From Acidobacteriota bacterium (GTDB taxonomy: Bacteria > Acidobacteriota > Thermoanaerobaculia > Multivoradales > UBA5704), in NCBI GenBank assembly GCA_040005235.1, contig JBDTZG010000024.1, forward strand, positions 13,583 through 77,582: DNA of 64,000 nucleotides, written 5' to 3'. Made by a program: the position numbers and the translations under genes. The notes beneath the pieces are model-generated. The model was not told where the DNA came from, searched no databases, and was given only the letters and a program-made list of their open reading frames with translations. This document shows positions 11,281-21,991 of the stretch, piece by piece. Positions within the stretch are counted from its first letter, which is position 1. Each line of letters starts with the position of its first letter.

Positions 11281-11435
11281 CGGTAAGCGCACGTTACCCG
11301 TTGAATCGAGGGTTTGCGCGTCGATCGTCGGTTGGATCGAGGTGTCGTCCTCCGGCTTGATCCTGATCCGGAACTTCTCGGTACGACCCTCTCGCCGCGA
11401 CCGTCACACCCTCGTCGGGGCGCTTTCGGTTCTTT

Positions 11436-11505
11436 CCGTCTCGGTCCCGGCGGCCGGCCCTCTCACAATTGGGGGGCTCAAGGCCGCTCGCAGGATCCCA
11501 GCGGT
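11436..11505 (-). ncRNA. pan-motif-like cis-regulatory RNA
   Basis: Minus strand ACCGCTGGGATCC...GGACCGAGACGG bulged stem directly upstream of panBCD, resembling the pan RNA motif as recalled. Confidence 0.65.
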
Positions 11506-11659
11506 TTGTCGGACCCCTTGCGGGCTCCGACGGCGCGGATGATATGCGCCTTGGTCGTCCAGATCAAATCGCCCTGGCCTGAGTCTCATTTTGTCCCGCA
11601 GCGACTGGCCGCTGCCGAAGGCGCCCGAAGGAGCGAGGAGGCAAAATGAGACTCAGGCC

Positions 11660-12310
11660 CTAGCGCGAGCCCATCGGCACGAAGTACTCCGTCCCCTTGA
11701 TCGGCCGGGAGAGGCGGTTGAGCAGCTCGCCGAAGTCCTCCGGCCGGTCGGGGAAGTTCAGGTGCCGCGTGTCGACCACCAGGAGCGGAGAGGCCTCGTA
11801 GTAGTGGTAGTAGTGGTTATAGGCGTCAATCAGCTCGGCTTCGTAATCGCGCGCCAGAGTCTTCTCGACCGCTCGTGCCCGCTTCTTGATCCGATCCATG
11901 CAGGTGTCAACGTCGGCCACCAGGTAGAGGATCAGATCGGGCTTCGGGATCTGCGGTTCGAGCAGGGCGTAGAGCTTGTCGAACAGCATCAGCTCGTCGT
12001 CCGAAAGGTTCAGGTAGGCGAAGATCCGGTTCTTCTGGAAGGTGTAGTCCGAAACCACCATCCGTTCGAACAGCTCGCGCTGGGCGATCCCCTGCTGCTG
12101 CTTGAACCGCGAGAGCAGGAAGTAAAGCTCGGTCTGAAACGCCGCGCCCGGTCGATCCTGGTAAAAATCGCCGAGGAAGGGATTGTTCACGTCTTCGAGG
12201 ACTTTGACCCCCTCGAAGTGGCGCGTGAGCAACTCGACCAGAGTGGTTTTCCCCACCCCGATCGGTCCGTCGACCGCGATGTAGTGGTACGGAAGGCTCG
12301 GTCCGCTCAA
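11660..12310 (-). CDS. Deoxynucleoside kinase
   Basis: IAVDGPIGVGKTT, NPFLGDFY, FLLSRF..Q, PKPDLILYL; usual neighbour of panB. Confidence 0.92.
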   Translation of the reverse strand: MSGPSLPYHYIAVDGPIGVGKTTLVELLTRHFEGVKVLEDVNNPFLGDFYQDRPGAAFQTELYFLLSRFKQQQGIAQRELFERMVVSDYTFQKNRIFAYLNLSDDELMLFDKLYALLEPQIPKPDLILYLVADVDTCMDRIKKRARAVEKTLARDYEAELIDAYNHYYHYYEASPLLVVDTRHLNFPDRPEDFGELLNRLSRPIKGTEYFVPMGSR

Positions 12311-12317
12311 GGCTTTT

Positions 12318-13517
12318 TTAGGCGCCGCTCGCGAGCGCCGCGGAAGCCGCCAACTCAGCGGCGTTTGGGGCCGGCGGAATCGGCGGCAGAGGGGCCGAAG
12401 TAGCCGAAGCGGCGATCGGGTTGTACAGCGTGTCGCGCTCGATCGGCTCGAATCCCGCCAGGCGGACGATCCGTTCGAGCTCGGCGCGGGTCATCTGCTG
12501 CGGAGTGCCGGCCCCGGCCATGTGGTAGATCGTTTCCTCGACCACCGTGCCGTCGAGGTCGTCGGCCCCAAAGCGCAGCGCCACCTGGGCGAGCTTCGGC
12601 GAGATCATGATCCAGTAGGCCTTGATGTGCGGGATGTTGTCGAGCACCAGGCGCGACGTCGCGATGTGGCGCAGGTCGTCGGTTCCGGTCGTGTGGTACT
12701 TCAACCCCATGTAGTTGTTCTCGGGGTGATAGGCGAGCGGGATGAACGCGTTGAAGCCGCCCGACTCGTCCTGCAGCGCGCGCAGACGCATCAGGTGGTC
12801 GACTTTGTGGATCGGCTTTTCGACGTGGCCGTAGAGCATGGTGCAGTTGCTCTTGATCCCCATCCGGTGGGCGATGCGGTGAACCTCGATCCACTCGTCC
12901 GCGTCGAGCTTGCCGTCGCAGATGATCTCGCGCACTTCGGAATGGAAGATCTCTGCACCGCCGCCCGGCAGCGATCCGAGCCCCGCGTCGCGCATTTGGC
13001 GCAAGACCTCCTCGATCGACAGCTTCTCGCGCTTGGCGAACCAGCCGATCTCGATCGCGGTGAATGCCTTCAAGTGCGCATTCGGGAAACGCTCGCGCAG
13101 GCCCCGGAGCATTTCGAGATACCACTCGAGCGACAGGTCAGGGTGCAGACCGCCGACGATATGGAACTCGGTCGCCCGCTGCCCGCCCTGCTCCGCGGCA
13201 TGTTTGTAGACGTCCTCGTGCGACATCTCCCAAGCGTGGGCCTCGCCCTTGAGCGCCGCGAAGCTGCAAAACTTACAGTTGTAGGTATAGACGCAGACGT
13301 TCGTCGGGTTGATGTGCCGATTGACGTTGAAGTAGGTGACGTTGCCGTGCATCCGCCGCCGCACCGAGTCGGCCAGACGGCCGAGCGCCACGACGTGGGG
13401 GGTGGAAAAACAGAGCAGGGCGTCTTCGTCGTCCAGCCGCACACCATCGCGCACCTTCTCGGCGAGCGGGCGGAGACTCGAAGGAAAACGTTCCGGCTGG
13501 ATCTCGGGGTTCTGCAT
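12318..13517 (-). CDS. mqnE: Aminofutalosine synthase (radical SAM, futalosine menaquinone pathway)
   Basis: NRHINPTNVC....CKFC, HIVGGLHP, SLPGGGAEIF, TMLYGHVE, HIKAYW, FGADDLDGTVVEE. Confidence 0.9.
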   Translation of the reverse strand: MQNPEIQPERFPSSLRPLAEKVRDGVRLDDEDALLCFSTPHVVALGRLADSVRRRMHGNVTYFNVNRHINPTNVCVYTYNCKFCSFAALKGEAHAWEMSHEDVYKHAAEQGGQRATEFHIVGGLHPDLSLEWYLEMLRGLRERFPNAHLKAFTAIEIGWFAKREKLSIEEVLRQMRDAGLGSLPGGGAEIFHSEVREIICDGKLDADEWIEVHRIAHRMGIKSNCTMLYGHVEKPIHKVDHLMRLRALQDESGGFNAFIPLAYHPENNYMGLKYHTTGTDDLRHIATSRLVLDNIPHIKAYWIMISPKLAQVALRFGADDLDGTVVEETIYHMAGAGTPQQMTRAELERIVRLAGFEPIERDTLYNPIAASATSAPLPPIPPAPNAAELAASAALASGA

Positions 13518-14033
13518 TTTTGACTTCCTTGGGGCTTCCTAGGGGTTCCCGGGGCGGCCCTCACGGGTTGTACCCGGCTGATAGCCGGGCAGTATAGCAG
13601 GGGGCCGCGACCCTTCGAGAGTGAAAACACCGCCGGGTTTACGCCACATTCCCGGCAGGGGTGCCTCCTCTCATCGGCACCTCTCATCCGAATTCCGAAA
13701 CCCGCCGTAGAGACCCTCTGAACCCGACAGCTTCTCCCCTACTTGGAGGATTGAGAACATGATTCGACTTCGTCGTGTCTCTGGCCGAGACGGGGCCGAC
13801 CTGGCGACTGCCTGAGCCGCCAACGTCAAAACCGGAGGTGCCGAATGGCAGGCGCTGATGGTCCGGACCGTGGGGGTTGAGCCCGGTTCCAATCGAAGGT
13901 GGGGGCTTGGCGGGGGATTTGGCGGTTTGGTAGGAAAGTGATTTGTAGCGCTCTTGGTTGCGAGGCTCTGTGTACACCCATTTCGGGCGCTCGGGGCCTC
14001 GCCTAAAAGCCGGCCCCTCTCGCTCATCGTGCC

Positions 14034-14050
14034 GTAAGATGCTATCTTAC
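14034..14050. promoter_or_regulatory. Palindromic operator/promoter of vapBC
   Basis: Perfect inverted repeat GTAAGAT-GCT-ATCTTAC 4 nt before the antitoxin ATG. Confidence 0.6.
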
Positions 14051-14054
14051 CCTC

Positions 14055-14282
14055 ATGAAGACCGCAGTCTCCACCAAGGGACAGATCGTCCTACCTGCAG
14101 AGATCCGTCGGCTGGACCGCATCGAGGCCGGGGACGAGTTTGAAGTCGAGCGGATCGACCGGGGGGAGTACCGGCTTCGGCTGGTTCCCTCTCGGAATGA
14201 GGGTCTCTTAGACTGGCTGCTCGCCTGTCCGGAAAAGGGGTTCTTCGTACCCATTGAGTCCGAGTCCACGGACACGTTGTGA
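14055..14282 (+). CDS. AbrB/MazE-family antitoxin (VapB)
   Basis: MKTAVSTKGQIVLPAEIRR swapped-hairpin motif; overlaps the PIN toxin. Confidence 0.88.
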   Translation: MKTAVSTKGQIVLPAEIRRLDRIEAGDEFEVERIDRGEYRLRLVPSRNEGLLDWLLACPEKGFFVPIESESTDTL

Positions 14283-14692
14283 CCATCCTGGTCGACGCCA
14301 ATGTCCTGAGCGAAGCCACCCGACCGGAACCTGACCCGTCGGTCCTGGAGTGGCTGGCCGAGCATGAACGGGAGATCGTCGTCGATCCGGTCATCCTCGG
14401 CGAGATCCATTTTGGGATCCTCGTGCTCCCCAGCGGCAAGCGACGCCAGCGCCTGGAGCGTTGGTTCGAAGAAGGGATCCGGCGAATCCACTGCGTCGCC
14501 TGGGAGTCGAGCACAGGTCTTCGCTGGGCTCAGCTGCTCGCCGATTTGCGGCGGCGAGGCAGATCCATGCCGATCAAAGACAGTTTGATCGCGGCGACGG
14601 CTTTCGCTCACAACCTTCCGCTGGCGACACGCAACCGAAGTGACTTCGAGCAAACCGGGATCCAGATCATCAATCCCTTCGCCCTCGCCTAA
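14279..14692 (+). CDS. PIN-domain toxin (VapC)
   Basis: ILVDANVLSE, DSLIAATA, LATRN..DF. Confidence 0.92.
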   Translation: MTILVDANVLSEATRPEPDPSVLEWLAEHEREIVVDPVILGEIHFGILVLPSGKRRQRLERWFEEGIRRIHCVAWESSTGLRWAQLLADLRRRGRSMPIKDSLIAATAFAHNLPLATRNRSDFEQTGIQIINPFALA

Positions 14693-15603
14693 TCCTCCTC
14701 GTACTTAATCTCCATACCCCGCGCCCGCCAAGCCGAGAGCGCGACCAGCAGGCCGGCGAAGATCAGCAGGCCGATTACGGCGACCGGTTTGCTTGGGGCG
14801 TCGGAGAGCAAGGCCAATGGACCGTCCGAGACGGGGACGGGCATCAGCGATTGCAGGTAGTGGATCACGCTCGCTTTTTTGAGCAGGGGCGGGAGGAGGA
14901 AGTGGATTCCTTCCCAGCCGAAAATCAGGAGGGCGGGGATGGCAGGACTGCGGAAGAAGAAGCCTAACGTGAGGAAGATGGCTCCGTAGCCGACGCAGGC
15001 GAGCAGGGTGGTCGCGACGTAGGCGAACAGGTGGCTTAAGCCGGGGCCTTGGAGGAGGAAGCGCGAGCTGCCGGGAATGGGTACGAAGGTCAGGAGGAAC
15101 GACGCGGCGGTCGAGAGGCCGAAGAGGAAGCCGGCGACGATGAGGCCGGTCAGGTATTTGCCGAGCACCAGAACCTCGCGGCGGATCGGTGCGAGGAAGT
15201 AGTAGTGCAGCGTGCGGTCGAGGACCTCACGGCGGATCAAGTTGCCGAAGATTCCGACGCAGCCGAGGAAAACGATGACGCGGAGCAGGAACGCCTGATA
15301 GATGCCGCCCGCAAAAATCGCCTGGGCTTGGGCAAGGTCGAACAGCTCGCGGATCGAGTCGCCGTGGGTGAAGAAGAGGCGGAGCGAGAGGACCGCGGGG
15401 GGAGCGAGCGCGAGCAGCCAGAGGCCGATGGCGCGCTTGCCGAAGAAGCCCTTTTTCAGCTCCATGCGAATGATCGCTGCGAGCTGCCGGCGGCGTAGGG
15501 CCGCGCTGCCCGGGGCGGGTTCACCGACCGCAATAGGGGTCGCCGGGGACGCCTGGCTCGCCGGGGTAGTCGCCGGGTTTGGGTTCGAAATCGCGGCGCT
15601 CAT
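14689..15603 (-). CDS. ABC transporter permease
   Basis: Multiple TM helices; RREVLDRTLHYYFLAPIRRE..LGKY motif. Confidence 0.8.
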   Translation of the reverse strand: MSAAISNPNPATTPASQASPATPIAVGEPAPGSAALRRRQLAAIIRMELKKGFFGKRAIGLWLLALAPPAVLSLRLFFTHGDSIRELFDLAQAQAIFAGGIYQAFLLRVIVFLGCVGIFGNLIRREVLDRTLHYYFLAPIRREVLVLGKYLTGLIVAGFLFGLSTAASFLLTFVPIPGSSRFLLQGPGLSHLFAYVATTLLACVGYGAIFLTLGFFFRSPAIPALLIFGWEGIHFLLPPLLKKASVIHYLQSLMPVPVSDGPLALLSDAPSKPVAVIGLLIFAGLLVALSAWRARGMEIKYEED

Positions 15604-16562
15604 TACCGGCCCCCTTGTTCGATCAGATATTGGTAAACCGCATGGACGTCGGCGTCGGCCGGCACGATCGATTCGACCGCGAGGTTGTTTTCGAGCACGA
15701 TGCGATTGAGCAGCAGGTGGAATCCGTCCGCGTCTTTGGTGCTGACCAACAGGCCGCGGCGGTCGTTGGTGATTCGTGCTTCCACCACATGGTCATATTC
15801 GAACAGCCGCGAGGCGAGCAGCGACGGTTTGTCGCAGCGGATCATCACCTGGACCGGATGCTCCTCTTCCATCTCGTCGCGCACTCCGCCGATCTCGCCT
15901 TCGGCGACCACGTAGCCGCCGTTCAGCAGCACCACCTGGTCCGAGATGAGATCCACCTCGTGCAGGATGTGGCTGGAGACCAACACATGCTTGCCGGCAA
16001 TCGAAAGCTCGCGGAACAGGGCGATCACCTCGGCGCGGGCCATCGGGTCGAGACCATTCAACGGCTCGTCGAGAATCAGGACGGACGGATCGTGCGCCAT
16101 CGCCTGGGCGAGCTTGACCCGCTGGCGCATGCCTTTGCTGTAGCCCGCGACTTTTCGGCCGCCGGCTTCCGTAAGGCCCACCCTGTCGAGCGCCTTGACC
16201 GCTCGGTCTTTGGCGTCCGATGCCGAGAAGCCGTAGACGCGGAGTAGTAGCTCGACGAACTCGAAGCCGGTGACCCCCGTGGGGAAGGCGTCCACCTGGG
16301 TGGCGAAGCCGATCTCGCGGAACATGGTCTCCGGCCGGTCGGGCGACAGGCCGCGAACGCTGACCGTGCCCGCGCTCGGCCGCAGCAGGCCAACCAGGAG
16401 GTTCATCAGCGTCGTCTTGCCCGAACCGTTCGGACCGACCAAGCCGGTGATGCCGGGCGGGATCGTCAAGTCGATCCGGTTGACGCCGAGCACCTCGCCA
16501 TAAAACTTCGAGACGTTGTCGAGAACGATCTGATCGTTCGTGCCTTTCGTCGTCGCGCTCAT
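15603..16562 (-). CDS. ABC transporter ATP-binding protein
   Basis: GPNGSGKTT, YSKGMRQR, LILDEP; start MSATTKG at 16562. Confidence 0.92.
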   Translation of the reverse strand: MSATTKGTNDQIVLDNVSKFYGEVLGVNRIDLTIPPGITGLVGPNGSGKTTLMNLLVGLLRPSAGTVSVRGLSPDRPETMFREIGFATQVDAFPTGVTGFEFVELLLRVYGFSASDAKDRAVKALDRVGLTEAGGRKVAGYSKGMRQRVKLAQAMAHDPSVLILDEPLNGLDPMARAEVIALFRELSIAGKHVLVSSHILHEVDLISDQVVLLNGGYVVAEGEIGGVRDEMEEEHPVQVMIRCDKPSLLASRLFEYDHVVEARITNDRRGLLVSTKDADGFHLLLNRIVLENNLAVESIVPADADVHAVYQYLIEQGGR

Positions 16563-17425
16563 CGCACCACCTCGTAGGCGCGCAGGCGCGTTTTGAGCAG
16601 CCAGAGGAAGATCAGGCAGCCGCCGATCATGGTGATCCAGGCGAGGAAGAGCGGATGGTCGTCGGGCGGCCGGACGCCGAACAGCGATGCCCAGACCGTG
16701 GCGCTCGCGCCAGAGGCGTCGAACAGCTTTCCAAACGACAGGCCGAGAATCCCGCGGACCGCTTGACCGAACGCCGTGCCGATGAAGAACAGCATGAACA
16801 GGGCGATGCGTGCGACCGGCTTCCACTTTACCCAGGCGGAGATCGCGAGAGCGAAGAGCGAGAGGAAGAGAATCCAGATCCAGCTGCCGATGAACAGGGC
16901 AGAGGCGATCTGTAGATTCTGCCCCGCCCAGTGGGGCTCGAGGTACGCCTGAAATCCCCAGAGCAGCAGGCCGGGCACCCAGGTGACCAGCGACATCAGG
17001 ATCGCCAACACGCAGAGCTTGCCGAGCACGTATTCGGCGCGCGAAAACGGCCGCGCGAGATAGAGCGGCAGCCCATTGTTGCGCAAGTCGGGCGCCACGA
17101 GGGCAGGGCCGACGAACAGCGTGATGATGAAGCAGAGACCACTTTGAAGCGTCATCCCGCGCCAGAAGAACTGGGCATCGATCGGCAGAATCTCGTTCAG
17201 CTTCTCGGCCGTGAGGCCGACGAACTTGAGCGCCGACAGGTTGTGATGCAGGTAGATGATCAGCAGCCCGGCAAACGGCACGGCGAAGCAGAGCGCGAAG
17301 AAGATTGCGAACAGCCGGCTTTTGAACACGTCCGAGTAGGCATAGCGCGGCAGGATCAAAAACCGGCGCTTCTCGGGCGTGAGCGTGCCGGAATATGGGC
17401 GATAACTACGTTCGAAGACGGCCAT
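16559..17425 (-). CDS. ABC transporter permease
   Basis: TM helices; DLRNNGLPLYLARPFSRAEYVLGK motif. Confidence 0.8.
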   Translation of the reverse strand: MAVFERSYRPYSGTLTPEKRRFLILPRYAYSDVFKSRLFAIFFALCFAVPFAGLLIIYLHHNLSALKFVGLTAEKLNEILPIDAQFFWRGMTLQSGLCFIITLFVGPALVAPDLRNNGLPLYLARPFSRAEYVLGKLCVLAILMSLVTWVPGLLLWGFQAYLEPHWAGQNLQIASALFIGSWIWILFLSLFALAISAWVKWKPVARIALFMLFFIGTAFGQAVRGILGLSFGKLFDASGASATVWASLFGVRPPDDHPLFLAWITMIGGCLIFLWLLKTRLRAYEVVR

Positions 17426-17429
17426 CGGG

Positions 17430-18371
17430 CTACCCCTCCATCGCCTTCAAGAAAATGTCTTCCAGCGAATCACGGCGATAGTCGAGATGACGAATTTGGA
17501 CCGAATGATCGGCCGCCGCCTGGTAGAGAGCGCGGACCTCGACACCCGGGGGGAGGACGAGCTTGATCCGCCGCCGGCTGCCTTCGGCAACCTCGCAGCC
17601 GAGGCCGTCGAGCGCCGTGCGGAATTTCTGCTCGTTGTCGTTGTCGGCGCGCAGCTCCAACTCCAGAAAACTGCGGTTCGCACTACGTTCCGCCTCCAGG
17701 TTGCAGTAGGTGGCGATCTGGCCGTTTTTAAGCACCAGGACCTCTTCGCAGCACTCTTCCACGTCGCGCAGCAGGTGGGACGAAAGGATTACTCTGACCT
17801 GCCCCGCGTCGCGAATGTCGCGGATCAAATGAAGCATGCGGGAGCGGGCTGGCGGATCGAGCCCGTTGGTCGGCTCGTCCAGAAACAAAACCTTGGGTCC
17901 GTGGACGAGAGCCTGGGCGAGCTTCGCGAGCTGTTTCATGCCGAGCGAGTAGCTGTCGACCGGGCGATATCGCGCCTCGCCGAGGCCGACGTAGAACAGC
18001 GACTCGTGCGCCCGTTCGAGCGCCTGCTCGGGCGGCAGGCCCGACAGCTCGGCCATCAATCGGACGAACCGGACGCCCGAGAGTCCGGCGACGAACGCGT
18101 CGTTTTCCGGCATGTAGCCCATCAACGCGCGAATATCGCGCCCTTTGCTCCGGATGTCGTGGCCGAGCAGCCGGGCGGTGCCGGCGGACGGCGCGTAGAA
18201 ACCGAGCAGGGTGTGCAGCAGAGTGGTTTTGCCGGCACCGTTCGGCCCAAGCAGGCCGATCGAGCGACCGGTCAATTTCGCGGTAAGCCCGTGGAGGATT
18301 CGGCGTTTGCCGAGCGTGACCTCCAGACCTTCGAGGTCGATTACGGGTGTGGTTTCGGTCATGGGAAGCAT
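17430..18371 (-). CDS. ABC transporter ATP-binding protein
   Basis: [28 protein letters not shown]. Confidence 0.92.
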   Translation of the reverse strand: MLPMTETTPVIDLEGLEVTLGKRRILHGLTAKLTGRSIGLLGPNGAGKTTLLHTLLGFYAPSAGTARLLGHDIRSKGRDIRALMGYMPENDAFVAGLSGVRFVRLMAELSGLPPEQALERAHESLFYVGLGEARYRPVDSYSLGMKQLAKLAQALVHGPKVLFLDEPTNGLDPPARSRMLHLIRDIRDAGQVRVILSSHLLRDVEECCEEVLVLKNGQIATYCNLEAERSANRSFLELELRADNDNEQKFRTALDGLGCEVAEGSRRRIKLVLPPGVEVRALYQAAADHSVQIRHLDYRRDSLEDIFLKAMEG

Positions 18372-18495
18372 CTCCTCGACAGACGAACAAGGCGAACGAA
18401 AAATCAGCCCCGAGAAACAGGTAGAGGCGCAAGCTACTGCGCCTCTACCTACGGTATTTACGTTGGGGTGTTTCTGATCTTACCCGACTCGGGAT

Positions 18496-21201
18496 TTAGG
18501 AGTCGCCTCCGTCGTGGCCGCCCATCGAACGAAGGATGCTCGAGAACCCGGTGAGCAGCTTCAGGTTGTCGCCCAGCGGACCGTTCACCGCGTTGCTGCC
18601 GAACAGAATGCGATTCTCTTCGGCGTAAGCGTAAATCGCGCTCGGACCCTGGCCGAGGAACGACCGGAGCGGATTGGCCTCATTGCTGTCGAGCGCCTTC
18701 TGCGGAATGAACTTCGCACCCTGCTTGGCGAGCGCTCCTAGATCCTGGAACACCAGGGCCGAAACGTTCACCTGTCCGTCCGTGCCCAGCAGGTTGCGCA
18801 GACGCTCGGAGCGGCCGAGCGTGGCGCCCGAGTCGCGGCCGGCGAAGGCCCGTTCGATCAACGTCCGGGAGGGCGCGGCGACCAGGAAGCCCCCTTCGAA
18901 CGCGTAGTGAATCGACATTCCCAGGTCATCCGAGTTGATCGCGTGCCAGGTGCGGCCGCCGCTCGTCTCGGTCGTCAGGGTCACTCCTCCCTTACCGTTC
19001 TTCGTCAGCTCCCGGTTCAGCCGTTCGACCGTCAGCTCGATCGTGTGCTCTAGAGTGTTCGGGTCGTAAACCTCGGCCACGAACTTCCAGGACGGTTTCG
19101 GCAGCACCGGTCCGTCGAGCGCCAGGGCGAACTCGCCGCCGAGCGGAGCGACCACGTCGTCGCGCAGCCGGAATCCCTCTTTCGCTTCGGCCGCACTCAG
19201 CTCCGCGGCGAATTTCGGGTTGGCGGCGAGCAGCTCGTCGAGCAGCATCGCCGGGTTCTTGACTACGAAGGCCGCGGCGGCATTCGCGTCCGGCGAGACG
19301 AAGTCGAGCGCCCGCATGGGAGCCGGCTCCGCGAGCCAGGCCGCGACGCCGCGACGCGCTTGTTTGAAGGTCAGGACGGCCCGGGTTTCGGTCCGCCCTT
19401 CGACGTCGCGACGTTCGACGATGAACTGGTCGAGGTCGAGAATGCCGAGAGTCTCGGCGATGTGGTGGTCATCGGTGTTTTCGCCGTTCGTGACCGTGGC
19501 ACTCTGGCCGATCAAAGAGGCGAGGTCGGCCGAGAAGAGCCAGCCTGCGCCGTCCTGATAGGAGGCTGCGACGCGATTGCGGAAGGCCGAGGCGACGAAC
19601 GGATTTCCGCCCGCGGCATTGGTCGTCACCTGGTTGATCAGCGCGGCGCTCGGGCTTGCGACGAACAGATCAGAGCCGATCCAGAGCAGCAGCTCCTTGT
19701 CTTCGCCGGGGGCCGTCACGGCCGGCAGGCTCTCGACGATCCGGATCTTGTGGGAATGCTCTCCGCCTTCACCGTTCAGCCGTTCGATCTCGGCGGCGAG
19801 CGCCGCGCGGAAGGCCGCTTGATTCTCGATCTCTGCGGTCAACACGGGCTCGGCGTCGGAGCTCGCTCCGGTGCTGTTCTTCCCCACTGCGATCGCGATC
19901 TCCGGTCCGAGGTGGCTACCCAGCTCGGAGATCCGGTCGATCAGGTCGTGGACCTTCTGGCGCTCGGCGTCGGAGGAGAAGTTGTCCTGCCACCACTGAC
20001 GCAAGGTCTCGCTCTCCGCGAGCTTCTGGTCGAGCAACGTTTGAGTCTCGCCCAGGTTCTTGGCGAGGTTCGGTAGCGCGATGAACACCTTCGTGTCCGC
20101 GGGAGACAGATCGAGCAGGCGGGTCGAATAGCGCAGGCCCGGACGCTCGATCTGAGAGTCGATGTCGGCGCTCGCCGCGGTCAGCTCGGCGAGGAGCTGG
20201 TCGTACTGCTTGGCGTTCTTGCTCCAGGCGATCTCTTGGGTCACCGGAACGGTCGAGAGGCTGGCCGCCGTCACCACCTGGCCGCCCGGGTGCAGGATGT
20301 TCTCGCGACCGGACTGGTTGACGTGGACCTCCCCCTCGACCACCGCGACGCGCGATCCCTTGGTGCCATGGTTGACCGAGAAAATCGTGCCGGTGACGGC
20401 GACCAGGCAATCTTCGGTCTCGACGTACAGGTGATGCGGGCGCTGCTTGGCGGCTTGGACGATGATCTTGCCGCGCTCCAGCTCGATCGTGTTCCCCTTG
20501 CGGCCGGCGTCGAGCGACAGACCGGCGCGCTCGCTCATTTCAATCACCGAACCGTCGGTCATCCGGACGAAAGCGCGCGAGCCTTTTGCGGTGCGGATCT
20601 CGTCACCTTCTTTGATCGCGGCTCCCGCGCCGAGCTGGGCGGTCTGCTCGCCGTCGATCCGATACAGGCTCCCTTCGATCGCCTCGACGCGCGCCATCTG
20701 GCCGCCCGAGATGAAGAAGTCCTGCATCAGGAAGATGCCCGTGCCGAGCGCGGCGACCAGCACCGCGGCCAGGGCGTACAGGGTCCGGCGGTCCCGTCGC
20801 TGCGGGATCTGGACGACAACCGGAGCGTTGTTGGTTCCCGATAGCGGTTTGCCCTCGCGGGCGGTGCGCAGGGCGCGACGGCAGGGAACGCAGCTGCGCG
20901 TGTGGTCTTCGACCAACAGGGCGCGGGCGGCGGGCAGCTCTCCTGCGAGGTACGCCGGGATCTCCGCCTGGAAATCCTCGCAGCCGCGCAGCGGCGAGTG
21001 GACCGCATGGATCGTCGGTGTCGGAGCCTGGGGAGTAAAAGTCTCCTCGGGGGCGACGCCGGTCGCGGCGAATTGCGCCAACTTGCTTCGCACGCGGGAG
21101 GCGGCGGCAGCCATTTCATGCTCATCGACTGGAGTGGATGCGATCTCGGAGATCGCCTCGTCGAGGCGGGCTTCATCGATGCGGTTCATAAACAGGCTCA
21201 T
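18496..21201 (-). CDS. Anti-sigma factor: zinc-finger (HxxxCxxC), TM helix, FecR domain, large periplasmic domain
   Basis: [19 protein letters not shown] helix; FecR-like [20 protein letters not shown]; overlaps the sigma gene. Confidence 0.8.
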   Translation of the reverse strand: MSLFMNRIDEARLDEAISEIASTPVDEHEMAAAASRVRSKLAQFAATGVAPEETFTPQAPTPTIHAVHSPLRGCEDFQAEIPAYLAGELPAARALLVEDHTRSCVPCRRALRTAREGKPLSGTNNAPVVVQIPQRRDRRTLYALAAVLVAALGTGIFLMQDFFISGGQMARVEAIEGSLYRIDGEQTAQLGAGAAIKEGDEIRTAKGSRAFVRMTDGSVIEMSERAGLSLDAGRKGNTIELERGKIIVQAAKQRPHHLYVETEDCLVAVTGTIFSVNHGTKGSRVAVVEGEVHVNQSGRENILHPGGQVVTAASLSTVPVTQEIAWSKNAKQYDQLLAELTAASADIDSQIERPGLRYSTRLLDLSPADTKVFIALPNLAKNLGETQTLLDQKLAESETLRQWWQDNFSSDAERQKVHDLIDRISELGSHLGPEIAIAVGKNSTGASSDAEPVLTAEIENQAAFRAALAAEIERLNGEGGEHSHKIRIVESLPAVTAPGEDKELLLWIGSDLFVASPSAALINQVTTNAAGGNPFVASAFRNRVAASYQDGAGWLFSADLASLIGQSATVTNGENTDDHHIAETLGILDLDQFIVERRDVEGRTETRAVLTFKQARRGVAAWLAEPAPMRALDFVSPDANAAAAFVVKNPAMLLDELLAANPKFAAELSAAEAKEGFRLRDDVVAPLGGEFALALDGPVLPKPSWKFVAEVYDPNTLEHTIELTVERLNRELTKNGKGGVTLTTETSGGRTWHAINSDDLGMSIHYAFEGGFLVAAPSRTLIERAFAGRDSGATLGRSERLRNLLGTDGQVNVSALVFQDLGALAKQGAKFIPQKALDSNEANPLRSFLGQGPSAIYAYAEENRILFGSNAVNGPLGDNLKLLTGFSSILRSMGGHDGGDS

Positions 21202-21830
21202 GACTGACCTCCTTGATGCGACGAAAGCTCTTTCTGCAGCCGATGGCGAGCACGATGCAGGATGACGGCTACAGCGGTCTGGGAGCAGGAGAGCATCCGG
21301 GCGATGTCCAGATTGCTCTGCCCTTCAAAGTAGCGAAGCGTGAAGATTTCGGCCTGGCGCGGTGACAGTTGGCCGACCGCGGCGCGTAGTGCCAGGGCCA
21401 GCTCGCGGTTGCCGCGGCGGCGTTCGGGACTCTTGCCGGGCTCGTCGGCAAGGCTTTCGGCCACGTCGTCGAGCGCCACGGCCTTGGCGCGTTTCCGGCT
21501 GCGCGCCAGATCGAGCGCCGCGTTCACCGCCGCCCGATGAAGATAGCTCCCCACCTGCTCAGTGAGGTCCAGCTCCTCCCGGCGGGCGAGGCGAAAGAAC
21601 ACGGTCTGCATCACGTCCTCGGCGTCCGAAGCATTGCCGGTGATGCGATAAGCGGCCCGGTAGACTCCCTGGTGGTGCAGCTCGAACAGTCGTTCAAGCG
21701 TCGCTGGAACGGGCTGGCCGATGGGTTGGCTGCCGGCCCGGGCGATCGGGGCTCCCCCCGGGGGGGCGGTGGATACGGCGATTGGAGCGGTTGCCTGCAC
21801 GGTGTCGTCCCTCCTGATGTCTCCACTCAT
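21198..21830 (-). CDS. ECF RNA polymerase sigma factor
   Basis: DAEDVMQTVF, YLHRAAVNAALD, LSPRQAEIFTLRYFEG..DIA..LHRAR. Confidence 0.92.
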   Translation of the reverse strand: MSGDIRRDDTVQATAPIAVSTAPPGGAPIARAGSQPIGQPVPATLERLFELHHQGVYRAAYRITGNASDAEDVMQTVFFRLARREELDLTEQVGSYLHRAAVNAALDLARSRKRAKAVALDDVAESLADEPGKSPERRRGNRELALALRAAVGQLSPRQAEIFTLRYFEGQSNLDIARMLSCSQTAVAVILHRARHRLQKELSSHQGGQS

Positions 21831-21991
21831 GGAACGCACCTCCCGGGAGAATGTTACGCCCGGCTCCGAAACAACGCCTCAAGGGAGAGGAAAGAGGGAT
21901 CAAAGGGGGATCAAAAGGCGCAGAATGGAGCCCTCGCGTCCGTCCAAAGCCCGGGTACCCCGTTTTTCGCTCGAACTGGAGGAAGAGCCCC

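Noticed and set aside
13684-13977. Small ORFs between mqnE and vapB (97 aa minus; 18-aa plus ORF after GGAGG at ~13759)
   Set aside because: No recognisable motifs; TGA read-through is unsupported.
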